Source: a virus | Virus record (IMG/VR): IMGVR_UViG_3300010885_023630 | Location: 32,001 to 96,000 of that record | DNA: 64,000 bases | Strand: one strand, 5' to 3' | Shown here: in pieces, positions 49,801-58,870 of the stretch | How the letters are laid out: the number at the start of each line of letters is the position of its first letter | How positions within the stretch are numbered: the stretch's first letter is position 1 | Made by a program: the position numbers and the translations under genes | Notes under the pieces: generated by a model | Databases searched by the model: none | The model's input: only the letters and a program-made list of their open reading frames with translations | What the model was told of the DNA's origin: nothing

Positions 49801-50900
49801 CCACTAATATTGTAGTAGGCACACCACTGCCATACACACAACGTGATGCGGCATTACGCATTGGGGCCAACACTAACAACCGTGCTCAGATTGCTATACA
49901 AAATACCAGCAACGGATACAACGCAACCACAAACTTTGTGGCCTACGCAGACAACGGCGACGACGGCAATGCTTATGTACAAACTGGTATTGTAAGTTCT
50001 GGTTATGTTGTAGGCGGCAATGAATTATTATACCCAGCTGATGCTTATGTAACAGCACGTGGTCCATTGATTCGTCCTGGTAACTTAATTACCCGGGGCG
50101 GTAACTTATTGATCAGCACAGCCACAGCTAGAGATATTATATTCTCTACAAACGGTGCTGGGGTTGCCAACCAAGTTGGTCGTTTTGTGAATACACAAGG
50201 TTTGGTAATTTACCCAACAACACAGTCTGCCAACGTATACACAGGTGCGTTGGTTGTACAAGGCGGCGCCGCAATACAAAAAGATGTTTACGTTGGCGGC
50301 AACTTATTTGTTGCTGGTAATACCACAACCATTAATACATACGTACAAACTGAATATGTAACAGGCAACGAAGTTGTTGCCGGTAACCTTATTGCCAACT
50401 CTGGTATAAGTAGCACAAGCACCACAAGCGGTGCTGTTCAAGTTCTTGGCGGTCTTGGTGTAACTGGTAACGTGTATGCGGGCACAGTTAGAACTGGTTC
50501 AGTATACGCCACTGGATTATATTGGGCAGGCAACGGCAACGTTATTAGCACAGGCGGAACTTCTGGCAATATTACCTTACGCGGCAGTTTAACAGACGTT
50601 GTAATTCAAAATCCAGAGGCAAACGACATTTTAACATGGAATGGTGCCTACTGGGTTAACAATGCGCCGGGTGCGGCGTCTGTTGCCAGTACTATCTTTA
50701 TTCCACAGGCCACAAGCGATCTAGGTTTGGTTACAGACCTTGGAGTCTCGCACACAGAAGACAACGGCACAGTAACCGAAATTGCGGCATTTGCGTATGA
50801 CATGGGCGTTTTAAGATTAGACGGTGTTGTGTCACTAAATAACTTAGACCAATCTGTTAAGTCAGATTATTTAGGTTACTCAATTATTTTTGGATTTTAA
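43812..50900 (+). CDS. Giant (2362 aa) fibre protein with Mtd-N-like head, repeats and a beta-propeller insert
   Basis: RIQVRRDT..NW..NPILANGE...KVGDG..AWNSLPY, ANLGTATTNI repeats, F..DGT.MY...Y.LSTPW blades. Confidence 0.75.
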   Translation: MATRIQVRRDTLANWTLFNPILANGEITYVTDTAFIKVGDGTTAWNSLPYATQIGNVSLGPTGAVTGGSATFVANITGGNIIANTATYSAQYNYANGVSILASFNSFASYANANLGTATTNISALQANVGAYEIYANANLGTATTNITTLFSNAASQQTTINLHDANLGTATTNITTLFSNAAAQATTLNIHDANLGTATTNIQTLSANIGAYELYANTSLSTLTANAGTQQASIDSLRTTANANTAAYLAAGVATVKVTNSTEATGAATGAFQVTGGASIGANLYIGGNLIVSGNTYELQTEIISQSVVVAANVTAGAYFYANGTPLNYGNVQAAAYLASNTDPTISNLNGNAAAQAVSINAINANLGTVVATTIPAINANIGTIVATTIPTIQANLGAYEFWANTNFAYANTTFATGASTSAIQANLGAYQIYANANLGTATTNITTLFSNAASQQTSIDSLRTGANANTTAFLTTLAFTAPTANVSLYDSVTPTTTNAIFYPQLVDKTSGNVAGYTAGLSYNPSTGYLYANYGTFNSVYAAAFGNLNSTFTGASISTTNGYIGTINASTINAATIGNTGATLTGTLSTATQNSVTTMTGLTLIGTASQTTTVAGNLTIGGNLSVTGQSVSIGSSTLSVADPIINLHTASDLTPLLSNDGADIGLKFHYYDTADSAAFVGRANDTGFLEWYSRGSDTGNVFTGTAYGTIKTGALWLANTTASTGTTSATAGALYVAGGAGIAGALNVGGTITAAGVNLVATINSQDANIGTIVATTIPAINANIGTIVATTIPAINANLGAYQTFANANAASQQTQINNIVTTANANVAASLQNFTTNIVSTANVTANNFVGNNATINGANNTAMTIADGGTGIANWTLKRYTQGNPLFSTVEGNGTGLFFKPDGTVMYFSGQTGDRISEYALSTPWDITTATNVAASGTSILSQDTSNRAIFLKSDGTKMYMQGSGTQRVYEYTLSTAWWSNTASNVGAFVGNAWYGTTPNGLQFNSTGSRMYVANSAGNIQVFSLSTPWSVNSASYNSYFYANNSVESAYQGFSFNSSGNSLVLAGSTVSKGFVQYNLATPYDLTTAVYAGRQYYRDPVGGDNGASGVYGIYYADSVNSVFALDQTSDVVSQWSTNTSGVKVTSTGTTLFDGNIVNLANVVVVQPGISAGQPGYVNIFGNIIASGVTQNHYIGGTINFSTISGTSVSVTNITATGNSTINSGTGTSLTSLVTGAVASGSIKLVNLATGGVAGSNSNVTIGPTLGVGNVFFQTATTVNIANATASTSTTSGAFVVAGGVGIGGDVFSGGNYNIGSYNRAVPTIYYSNSATGQYSAHLVQRANVELWLAGANPSENYVIRNNATTDWLTVANVTGNVVLSSTTTSTNTTTGALVVGGGVGITGSLYASSLGSFAGGVITNQLSSSSASARLYTDVQSNVTIGGTTSNVTILGNLIVSGNIYELQTEIINQSVVVASNVSATLFTYANGTDITTQISTLRRGAGLSNVNIATGNDVITFGVYNPSTGTAANSFTVCSNIVHVNTNLRVFNNSQLDGTLGVAGNVIVSNIAGSNFTWSNGVSILQGVGGTYTNSNVAAYLPTHTGNITGANFIGNIRSPGLTNIVYITGNLIPSQSNVYSLGSATNWFTGLYISGNTINLGGQTIKSTSTGFSFQTAGGGRFDYDDTYGGFTNFYSAGGQQPDPAQMYNLKLTGGYATQNATTGALVVNGGIGLNGNLYSSQNIFGADFILTGTGQSISTVYAGNTYVQSLVTTANTGVVNYVNTKVNAVQDGLNFANASLTAANSAIIVANTSMRGYVDTANTSMKAYVDGQITAQSTATVSYVAGVNNAITTAINSNITTVNSAITTANAGVVSYVDAKFGSLSTGANANTAAYLSNYSGNVVAGNILATGFYFANGTPFISASGGSGTYSNANVTSYLPVYSGNISATNVNTTSLYATNIYSTYSNATLTQSYQPYITTVGNLANLTVAGNITATNIVVGTPLPYTQRDAALRIGANTNNRAQIAIQNTSNGYNATTNFVAYADNGDDGNAYVQTGIVSSGYVVGGNELLYPADAYVTARGPLIRPGNLITRGGNLLISTATARDIIFSTNGAGVANQVGRFVNTQGLVIYPTTQSANVYTGALVVQGGAAIQKDVYVGGNLFVAGNTTTINTYVQTEYVTGNEVVAGNLIANSGISSTSTTSGAVQVLGGLGVTGNVYAGTVRTGSVYATGLYWAGNGNVISTGGTSGNITLRGSLTDVVIQNPEANDILTWNGAYWVNNAPGAASVASTIFIPQATSDLGLVTDLGVSHTEDNGTVTEIAAFAYDMGVLRLDGVVSLNNLDQSVKSDYLGYSIIFGF
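46119..46208 (+). repeat. Exact 45-bp tandem duplication (NIGTIVATTIPAINA x2)
   Basis: AACATCGGTACTATTGTTGCTACTACTATCCCGGCTATTAATGCC repeated identically. Confidence 0.92.
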
Positions 50901-50909
50901 AGGAAAAAA

Positions 50910-53810
50910 ATGGCACGCCAGCTTATTGAAAAATACGTTTTTACACCCGGAGCAGCCGGTTATGGAACGTTAAAGTTCCCAGGTAAAGTTGACTTAACTC
51001 AACTATTGATTATTGCGAATAAAACAGCGCAGACAAACATCTACGCTATCGGTGATGCCACTCGTAACGGCTCAATCAGTTACGACCCATTTGATACCAG
51101 CTTTACTTCCTATCCAAGTGGACAAAATTATACATTTAATCCGGTTACTAGTGAACTAGCTGGTGTCAGTACTGTAGTATTTGCCGCTGACACTTCTACT
51201 ATGTTGTCAACGGATAAAATTGCGATTTATACTGATGCTCCAAAACACTTAGGCAACATTATTCGTCCGTATGCGTTTGGTGTTGATGCTATTGAGCGTA
51301 TGCGTGTAGCGCAACCACAGTCATTGATCGACGCTGACTTTGAGTACGGTCTACAGCCCACTAAGTGGCAGAACTATTCAGATATTCGAAACATTCCGGG
51401 TATTTACGAAAAGCCGGGCTTGGACTTGTTCGTAACAGCTATCCAAACAGACGGCGGTAACCCAAGTATTATTACAGTTGATTGTAGTCAAGGTCACGGT
51501 TTAAACGTAGGCGATGCTGTTATCATGTTCGGTCTTGGTAATGCTACAGCTTATGCTCGCGCTGAAGGTGCGTTCGTTATTGCTGCCGTACCAAGCTCAA
51601 CACGTTTTCAATTCTATGCCAAAGGTATTGTTGGAACATTAGGACAATCACTATTTGCTGGATCAAGCTACGCACGTCGTGGCGGTTTTTATGCCGGATC
51701 TAACTTGCCTATTACAAACTATTATAGCGATGGCGGCAGTCCAAGTAAAATTACAGTTGTTTGCGGAGCGAACCATGGTTTAGTTCCTGGTGCCCCTGTT
51801 GTTACCGTATTAACATCCTCTGGTACTAACCATGGCTTAGCGGCCGGTAACTTCTTTGCTGAAACAGTTCCGTTTGGTAACACATTTACCTATACAGCTC
51901 GAGTTGGCGGCGCAGTATCTAACACATCAATCGCAGGAAATACATTTACACGCTCAGATGCTTATGTTCAACACAGACCGTTTGACGGTGGCGTTAACTT
52001 GGGTACATTCCTACCAAGTCACGGTGCGTCTATTAGTCGTCAAACTAAAAAATATATGCGTTACCAATCTGGTAAAGGCATTTTGTGGACATCGGGTGTG
52101 CTGTTTAACCCTGTTCTTAACCTAGACCAAATTAGCGCAAGTGGTACCGGCGTCGGCGCAACTATTACAGTTATCACTGAAGTTGACCACGGTATGCAGG
52201 CAGGTGCTATTGTTGAAATTGCCGGTGTTATTACCTCAGGCTACAATGGTACATACGGCGTCCAATCTGTTACCAGTGAAAATACATTTACTGTTACAGC
52301 ATCAAATACATTGGGAAGTGCCAATGCGATTCTTACAACATTGCCTCGTGTTACAGTTAAAGGTTGGCACGGAGCAACCACACGATGCGGGCCATTTGAT
52401 GATCAAAACGGATTGTTCTGGGAATACGACGGCCGAGAACTTGCAGTAGTTAAACGGTCGGCAACATATCAGTTGTCGGGTGTTATTGCTGTTACTCCCG
52501 GAAGCCAAACTGTCGTTGGTACCAACTGCCGTTTTACACAACAGTTAAAGCAAGGCGATCGTATTGTTATTCGTGGCATGACCTATATGGTTGGTACCAT
52601 CGCAGATGATAACAGTTTAACAATCAACCCAGAATATCGTGGGGTTAACGCATCTAGTCAAATTAAGTATACACTAGTAATTGACCAACGCATTCCACAA
52701 AGTCAGTTTAACATTGATAAACTTGATGGCACTGGTATTAGCGGCTATAATTTATATGTTTATAAGATGCAGATGTTGGGTATCAGCTTCAGCTGGTATG
52801 GCGCGGGCTTTATTGACTTTATGTGTCGTGGACCAGACGGTAATATGATTATGGCACACCGCATGAAGCAAAACAACATCAACGACGAAGCGTACATGCG
52901 TACAGGTAACAGTGCAGTGCGTTATCAAGCTATCAACGAATCTGTTAAGGATCGTTTGGCCGTTGCGTTAACAGACTCTGCTACTAGCGTGACCTTATAT
53001 GATGCTAGTCGTTTCCCAGTAACTGGCGGTACAATCTTAGTTGAAAACGAGTTAATTAATTACACAGGTGTTTCGGGTAATACCTTATCTGGATGTACTC
53101 GTGGCGCCAGCTTCAGTATGTTTATCGGTGGATCTAATAAAACTTTTACTGGCGGAGCCGCAAGAGCACACGCAGTGGGCAACGGATACACCGGTGTCAC
53201 CTTAATCAGTTGTACAGCGGCCCCAATTGTTAACCATTGGGGTAGTAGTTATATCATGGACGGTAACTTTGATGAAGATCGCGGTTACTACTTTAACTAT
53301 GCGGCAGTTGGTAATACACTAACTGCTCAACAAAGTAAGTCGGTATTCTTCTTGCGTTTATCCCCATCGGTTAGTAACTCTATTGCGGGTGCGTTCGGGG
53401 ATCGAGACCTTATTAATCGCGCACAGTTGTTGCTACAAAAATTACAGGTACAGTCAGACCAGTCGGTTCAGGTTTATGGTATTTTAAACCCGAGCAATAT
53501 TGACGCTAGCCAATTAACATGGACAAACGTAAATACTACCGGCCTGGGATCACAACCATCATTTGCCCAAATTTCTACTACAGTTAATACAACAGCCCAA
53601 CCGGGCGAACAGAACTTTAGTACACTTGGACAACCGTCGGGATTTAGTGAAATTGACTTGTCAAGTCTTAAAGAATTAACAAATTCCGCTATTGGCGGGT
53701 ACAGTAACTATCCAGACGGACCGGACGTTTTAGCAGTTGTTGTTAAAAATCTGTCAAATAGCACAGTAAACGTAAACGTCAACCTGTTCTGGTCCGAGGC
53801 ACAAGCATAA
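50910..53810 (+). CDS. Large virion structural protein
   Basis: LIDADFEYGLQPTKW, YMRYQSGKG, SWYGAG; repeated H(G)L..G..V beta-barrel units. Confidence 0.7.
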   Translation: MARQLIEKYVFTPGAAGYGTLKFPGKVDLTQLLIIANKTAQTNIYAIGDATRNGSISYDPFDTSFTSYPSGQNYTFNPVTSELAGVSTVVFAADTSTMLSTDKIAIYTDAPKHLGNIIRPYAFGVDAIERMRVAQPQSLIDADFEYGLQPTKWQNYSDIRNIPGIYEKPGLDLFVTAIQTDGGNPSIITVDCSQGHGLNVGDAVIMFGLGNATAYARAEGAFVIAAVPSSTRFQFYAKGIVGTLGQSLFAGSSYARRGGFYAGSNLPITNYYSDGGSPSKITVVCGANHGLVPGAPVVTVLTSSGTNHGLAAGNFFAETVPFGNTFTYTARVGGAVSNTSIAGNTFTRSDAYVQHRPFDGGVNLGTFLPSHGASISRQTKKYMRYQSGKGILWTSGVLFNPVLNLDQISASGTGVGATITVITEVDHGMQAGAIVEIAGVITSGYNGTYGVQSVTSENTFTVTASNTLGSANAILTTLPRVTVKGWHGATTRCGPFDDQNGLFWEYDGRELAVVKRSATYQLSGVIAVTPGSQTVVGTNCRFTQQLKQGDRIVIRGMTYMVGTIADDNSLTINPEYRGVNASSQIKYTLVIDQRIPQSQFNIDKLDGTGISGYNLYVYKMQMLGISFSWYGAGFIDFMCRGPDGNMIMAHRMKQNNINDEAYMRTGNSAVRYQAINESVKDRLAVALTDSATSVTLYDASRFPVTGGTILVENELINYTGVSGNTLSGCTRGASFSMFIGGSNKTFTGGAARAHAVGNGYTGVTLISCTAAPIVNHWGSSYIMDGNFDEDRGYYFNYAAVGNTLTAQQSKSVFFLRLSPSVSNSIAGAFGDRDLINRAQLLLQKLQVQSDQSVQVYGILNPSNIDASQLTWTNVNTTGLGSQPSFAQISTTVNTTAQPGEQNFSTLGQPSGFSEIDLSSLKELTNSAIGGYSNYPDGPDVLAVVVKNLSNSTVNVNVNLFWSEAQA

Positions 53811-53835
53811 ATACGTATTATAGGGAAGAAGATAA

Positions 53836-54822
53836 ATGTCAACACAAGTACAATTTAGACGAGGAACAACGACACAGAACAACGCATTTACCGGTGCGGT
53901 CGGTGAACTTACAGTTGATACGGATCTAAAAACCCTACGTTTACACGATGGTTCAACTGCTGGCGGCGGCGCAATTATTGTTAACACTGCAGCGGCACAG
54001 CAATTATTAAACAAAACTATGGCCAGCGGTTCTGTATGGAACGGTACTGCTGTACCTTTGGCATACGGTGGTACTGGTAGCTCGCTAACTGCCACAGCTG
54101 GTGCGTTGATGTATTCAACATCAAGCGGTGCTGGACTTACACTTGCTGGCTTAACTGGTCAGATTTTAGTTTCTGGTGGTACCGGTGCTCCTACTTGGGT
54201 TAACGGTTCTACGTTAACAATTGGTACAGCCCAAACTGCTGTTACTGCTCAAAACATTGCTGGTGGTAGTGCTGGTCAGTTGATGATTCAGTCTGATACC
54301 GGTGTAACATCGTTTATTACTGCTGGCGCAACTGGTACGTTCTTACAGTCCACTGGTGCTGGTTATGCTCCAAGTTGGGCGGCTGGTACAGTTACATACG
54401 GTAATACAACTGTAGCACTTGGCGCCAACAGCCAAGTATTCTACGGAACACAAATTATTCAAACTGGTAACGTATATGCAGCCAACGTTATTCAAGACGG
54501 TGGCGCAATTATTGCCAACAACGCAAACGTCGCTGTCAGTAGCGCAAATACATTAACTGTTTTCGATACATTCTCAACATCACAATACCGTAGCGCAAGA
54601 TATTGGATACAGGCTTCGTATAGTGGTACATATCAAGCTATGGAAGTAATGTTGGTACAAGACGGCACAACACCTGTAGTTAGTACGTTTGGTGTAACGC
54701 GAACAAGTGGTAACTTAGGTACAGTTGCAGCAAATATTGCTAGTGGTAATACTACAATAAGTTTTATTGCCGCTAATGCTAATACTACTGTTCGTGTAAT
54801 GAAAAATTACTTCTCAGTATAA
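53836..54822 (+). CDS. Fibre protein with Mtd-N-like N-terminus
   Basis: MSTQVQFRRGTT (paralog of 39138); C-terminal YRSARY domain. Confidence 0.7.
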   Translation: MSTQVQFRRGTTTQNNAFTGAVGELTVDTDLKTLRLHDGSTAGGGAIIVNTAAAQQLLNKTMASGSVWNGTAVPLAYGGTGSSLTATAGALMYSTSSGAGLTLAGLTGQILVSGGTGAPTWVNGSTLTIGTAQTAVTAQNIAGGSAGQLMIQSDTGVTSFITAGATGTFLQSTGAGYAPSWAAGTVTYGNTTVALGANSQVFYGTQIIQTGNVYAANVIQDGGAIIANNANVAVSSANTLTVFDTFSTSQYRSARYWIQASYSGTYQAMEVMLVQDGTTPVVSTFGVTRTSGNLGTVAANIASGNTTISFIAANANTTVRVMKNYFSV

Positions 54823-55562
54823 TGCAAAAATTAAAAAAACTTTATCGCTCAAATTATGTTAGCGAAAACGTCATCACCGAACTAAGATATGAAAACGGTG
54901 AATGGACACCTTCAGTTGAAGCAGTACCAAATCAAGTTTTTAATACACATACTACTAGTCAGGCCATTGCTATCGGCAACGGCGAAAGTAGATTACAGTT
55001 TGATCTCGCACATATAGCAAGACACAAGGGCGGACTGTTCGGAGCCGATAGATTACAAAGTTACGGATGTAATGCCCTATACAGAGATTTTACACCAGAT
55101 TTCTTAGTAGCAGTGGGTGATACTATTGTAGAAGAGATTGCCAATTCTGGATTTTGCGATGATCATATTGTTTATGCTCACGGTCAACATTTATCACAAT
55201 ATTCAGAAAAATTTTATTTAATACCGCAAAATGTTAGTTATGATGCCGGCTCTCTTGCTGTGTATCTTGCTTGTTTTGATGGCCACAAGAAAGTGTTTCT
55301 ACTTGGATACGACGGATATGATATGCCGGGCCCGGTCAACAATGTCTATAAAGATACCAACGGCTATCCTGCCGGCACAGAAATACACTCAGAAAACTTT
55401 TGGAATTTATCTTTACTTTCAGTGATTCAAACTTATCAAGACGTTGATTTTGTCAGCGTAATGCCAACACCCAATTGGTATGTTCCAACTGAAATTGCCA
55501 AACAAACAAACTTTAGACAAGTTGATTTTAGAAATTTTGTATTAGAAGCCGATATTAATTAA
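54822..55562 (+). CDS. Maf/DUF115 (MptE-like, sialyltransferase-like fold) protein
   Basis: IGNGESR, GCNALYRDFTPDFLVAV, GSLAVYLA...KVFLLGYD. Confidence 0.55.
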   Translation: MQKLKKLYRSNYVSENVITELRYENGEWTPSVEAVPNQVFNTHTTSQAIAIGNGESRLQFDLAHIARHKGGLFGADRLQSYGCNALYRDFTPDFLVAVGDTIVEEIANSGFCDDHIVYAHGQHLSQYSEKFYLIPQNVSYDAGSLAVYLACFDGHKKVFLLGYDGYDMPGPVNNVYKDTNGYPAGTEIHSENFWNLSLLSVIQTYQDVDFVSVMPTPNWYVPTEIAKQTNFRQVDFRNFVLEADIN

Positions 55563-55990
55563 TTTAATATTGATTCTAAAACTTTAATTTTTTTCTTTAC
55601 AATATCAAAATTAAAACTACGCCATAGCCCAGGATGTAACGGTCTTGGATGATCGTTTATCTCAACCCAACAATATCCTCTATGTTCATCGTTAAGTACA
55701 GGTACAAACTCGCTGTCTACGTTAACTAAGAATGTATAATATACAAACTTTCTATTATCGGCTGTAAAAGTTTCCAATGGAATAAATTTTTGTTTAGAAA
55801 AATCTTGTCCAATTTCTTCTTGGATTTCTCTAGTCAAGGCTTGTGTTACTGTTTCTTTGGGTTCAATTTTACCACCAACAATGCCCCAAGACCCTGCGTG
55901 TTTACTTTTATTTCTTAGTAAGAAAAGATATCGATTAGTAGCGCGAGCATATACCAATGCCCCTACCCCTTCAGTATGTGTTTCGCCCAT
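55559..55990 (-). CDS. Nudix hydrolase
   Basis: Nudix box GGKIEPKETVTQALTREIQEEIG. Confidence 0.9.
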   Translation of the reverse strand: MGETHTEGVGALVYARATNRYLFLLRNKSKHAGSWGIVGGKIEPKETVTQALTREIQEEIGQDFSKQKFIPLETFTADNRKFVYYTFLVNVDSEFVPVLNDEHRGYCWVEINDHPRPLHPGLWRSFNFDIVKKKIKVLESILN

Positions 55991-57370
55991 TTAGATAATT
56001 AAACTCCAACGTCCAGCTGGATATAATCCTTCGTAGCTCTTGACCCACGACTCCCCAGTCCATCGATATTGAACGGTTGTTTTTAAATTTGAAATGTACT
56101 GGGAATTGGCTTCACGACGGCTGTCAAACGCCACAGTCCAGTAACTACCATTCCACTCAATGATGTCGTTTGCGTTGGCAAGCAATTCTGTGCCCGGTGT
56201 ACCGGCCCATGCTAATGCGCTTTCACTACCAACAGCACCAATTGGGTTTAAAATTAGATAACGTGTACCTGTTGCTGGATTTAAAATATTACTGTCCACA
56301 GTTACATTTTTTGGGTCAATGATAGCATTAACAGGAGGTAACGTATTTGCTGGTAATGTCTCTGGAAAAGCAGTAAACAATAATTGCGTATGATCTGTTG
56401 GGTTATAAGCAACTGTGCCTGCTATTTCGTGTGTACCGTCTGGGTAATCAAATGTTAATCTAATCTGGCTAATACCATTTGTCAACGACCCAAATATGTT
56501 TACAGCATCGGCCCAACTTGCTAGATCACCGTGAATTTGACCATCAACTACACTAGCCCTCTTATATAAAGTTAGTGTATTGCCAACATATACAATTTCA
56601 TAATCAAGCGGAGTAACTCTTTGTCTGCTCATTAAGCCACCTAGTTTTGCAATCAACTCTGGATCTAAGTCACCGTTGGCATCGTACACACTGGCAATAA
56701 TTTGAGCAACAACTCCCATCTTCTTGACCTTGGCAGGCAAGGTTAACCAAATTGGTAATTCAAAACTTAATGTGGCAATGTCGATGCTCTCGTCACCGCC
56801 CATTGGAACAGCACGACTTGTATAGTTTACACCTGTTAATAGCACTACACTTAGACTTGTCCAGTCTACAAAATTATCTGTGCTTTGTATTTCTAATCCG
56901 GGATTAAACAGCGGCAGTATCTGTTCAATCAACTGATGTTTCTGTTCTGTATTACTGGTCCAAATATCAACTTTCATTGACAGTTTGTATGGAGCCGGCA
57001 TCATTCTTTCAACTGTATATAATCCGTCTTGAGTATTTGTGTAATCTTGAGTAGCGTGATCGTATTTGCGTTCGCGCACACGAAGAGAACCTTCAAAGTA
57101 AGGATTTTGTACACGATCTCTTTCGTAGTCCAATGCCGAGATGTAGACAGCCATTGCTGGTACAGAGTTTAATGTGTTTTCGCTGTTACCGCGCAGTATC
57201 ATTGCCGCCTGGCGACTAATATCGCCATAGTACACAGGCACAGTTTGTAAAGCACGTTGGGTACCGTTGGTATTATTACCAAACTCTACTTGAAAGTTTG
57301 ATAGCATACGAATAAATTGTATAACGAATCGGCGAATTTGCTTATCGTATGAAAACTGTACAGGCGCCAT
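55991..57370 (-). CDS. gp15: Tail sheath stabiliser/terminator gp15-like with C-terminal extension
   Basis: YDKQIRRF..QF, VPVYYG, PAPYKL..DIWT...EQILPLFNP. Confidence 0.8.
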   Translation of the reverse strand: MAPVQFSYDKQIRRFVIQFIRMLSNFQVEFGNNTNGTQRALQTVPVYYGDISRQAAMILRGNSENTLNSVPAMAVYISALDYERDRVQNPYFEGSLRVRERKYDHATQDYTNTQDGLYTVERMMPAPYKLSMKVDIWTSNTEQKHQLIEQILPLFNPGLEIQSTDNFVDWTSLSVVLLTGVNYTSRAVPMGGDESIDIATLSFELPIWLTLPAKVKKMGVVAQIIASVYDANGDLDPELIAKLGGLMSRQRVTPLDYEIVYVGNTLTLYKRASVVDGQIHGDLASWADAVNIFGSLTNGISQIRLTFDYPDGTHEIAGTVAYNPTDHTQLLFTAFPETLPANTLPPVNAIIDPKNVTVDSNILNPATGTRYLILNPIGAVGSESALAWAGTPGTELLANANDIIEWNGSYWTVAFDSRREANSQYISNLKTTVQYRWTGESWVKSYEGLYPAGRWSLII

Positions 57371-58521
57371 TAATTATCTGCTTTCGGTCTTAGTGCTTGA
57401 CTCAACGGTTGACGTTCGTTAAATGTATTTCCGTTGTTGTCTACATATTGTCTAGTATTATTTACGTAACTCATACGTTGTGTCTTATTATCTGCGCCCG
57501 GAGTTAAGTTTGTACGAACGTTGTCTTCTATCTTGTTCCAACGCATACCATCAAATCTAAATAAACGATTTGGCAAATAGTCTAAGCGTAAGAAATAATC
57601 CCCTTCACCGGCATTGTTAGGAAAGCTAATACCTGACCCGGTAATAATTCCATTTGGCGCCTGTCCGTTGCCGGTTAGGTAACCTTCTACTTTTTGTGTT
57701 GGAGTTGGAGTCGCCTGAACACTAACTTCAAAGTCAACTGTTATATCTGTGTTGTCGGCTAAAATTGAATTGCCAACTTGTACATCTGTAACTGAGTCAT
57801 AATATGGCGTAGTATCGTAACCACTCTTAGGAACGTCTAGTTCTGCTTGCACAACAATAGAATCGTTAATATGTTGGTACGTACTCAGAGTACTTAAAAT
57901 GTCACTGGTTTTAGTACTAGCCGTACCAGCCACAATTTGATTAAGAATGTCTTTGTACTCCTGACTATCTACTAAGGGATTAAGTTTAACTCGCCATAAA
58001 TGTGGCCACCAAGTTGGACTAAAGCCCTCCGAAGCAAAACTAGCATCACCCACTACATAATAACGTTTTAGAGCAATGGGCACATCTTGGTCTAAGGCAT
58101 CGTAATCTTTTAAATGTTGTAACTCTAGTACGTCACCGGCAACTAGTTTACGACCAATTTGATCAACCATGTCACGTAAATGGAATACCATAAAGATAGT
58201 TCCGGTTTGTAAGAACAGGCCAAATTGGCTTAGGTCAAAGTCCTGATCGCCACGTTGATAGATGCCACGCATTTTATAAAGATTGTGGTCATACTTACGA
58301 TCGCGGTTTTCTACCCATAATAAATCTTGGATGTTTTTTTCGCTTTGATTAATGTAATCAGGTACAGTAGCATCTGTGCTACCGGTTTGTTCAACGGTTC
58401 CTAGGTACTTGTTTAAAAGTACACCAGTTCCACCAATGGTAAACATTTCGGATATGCGTCTATCCATAAACTTATAATCATTTGTGTGGGCACCGTCTTT
58501 CCAAAGACTTAAACGTGGCAT
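57370..58521 (-). CDS. gp14: Neck/head-closure protein gp14-like
   Basis: QDLLWVENRDRKY, LSQFGLFL, GDVLEL. Start at ATG 58521 (MPRLSLW), below the late promoter at 58541-46. Confidence 0.7.
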   Translation of the reverse strand: MPRLSLWKDGAHTNDYKFMDRRISEMFTIGGTGVLLNKYLGTVEQTGSTDATVPDYINQSEKNIQDLLWVENRDRKYDHNLYKMRGIYQRGDQDFDLSQFGLFLQTGTIFMVFHLRDMVDQIGRKLVAGDVLELQHLKDYDALDQDVPIALKRYYVVGDASFASEGFSPTWWPHLWRVKLNPLVDSQEYKDILNQIVAGTASTKTSDILSTLSTYQHINDSIVVQAELDVPKSGYDTTPYYDSVTDVQVGNSILADNTDITVDFEVSVQATPTPTQKVEGYLTGNGQAPNGIITGSGISFPNNAGEGDYFLRLDYLPNRLFRFDGMRWNKIEDNVRTNLTPGADNKTQRMSYVNNTRQYVDNNGNTFNERQPLSQALRPKADN

Positions 58522-58551
58522 AGCTAATCCTATATTGTAGTATTTATGGGT

Positions 58552-58580
58552 TTGACCCATTAAGGGTTTTAATGTATAAT
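58552..58580 (+). promoter_or_regulatory. Near-consensus sigma70 promoter
   Basis: TTGACC-N17-TATAAT; ATG 6 nt downstream. Confidence 0.8.
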
Positions 58581-58586
58581 ACCAGT

Positions 58587-58838
58587 ATGGAAGATACAAT
58601 TCGCCGTATAGACGAGCTATTTTTTAAGATTATTACTTGTAAACAAGAGCACCAGCGAGATCTTAAGCGTTTATGGCACCGCTGTAAAGACATAATTACC
58701 GAAATTAGTCGAGAAGATGTAATATGTCGTAGAAAAGGGCGGGACACAGTACGCAAGTTAGAATTGGTAGCGGAATTGGATGAGGCTATAAATACCCTGG
58801 AGCAATACCTTGTATTTGCTACACTTTTAGGCGGTTGA
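58587..58838 (+). CDS. Small hypothetical early protein
   Basis: Helical 83-aa ORF directly after the promoter. Confidence 0.65.
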   Translation: MEDTIRRIDELFFKIITCKQEHQRDLKRLWHRCKDIITEISREDVICRRKGRDTVRKLELVAELDEAINTLEQYLVFATLLGG

Positions 58839-58863
58839 CTAAATATTCCCAAAATGCTATACT
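58835..58863 (+). promoter_or_regulatory. Sigma70 promoter with extended -10
   Basis: TTGACT-N17-TATACT, preceded by TG. Confidence 0.8.
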
Positions 58864-58870
58864 ATAGATT

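Noticed and set aside
39138-54822. Diversity-generating retroelement suggested by Mtd-N-like fibre domains and repeated fibre DNA
   Set aside because: No reverse transcriptase is in the window. The repeated modules are all coding and differ mostly at synonymous positions, not specifically at adenines.
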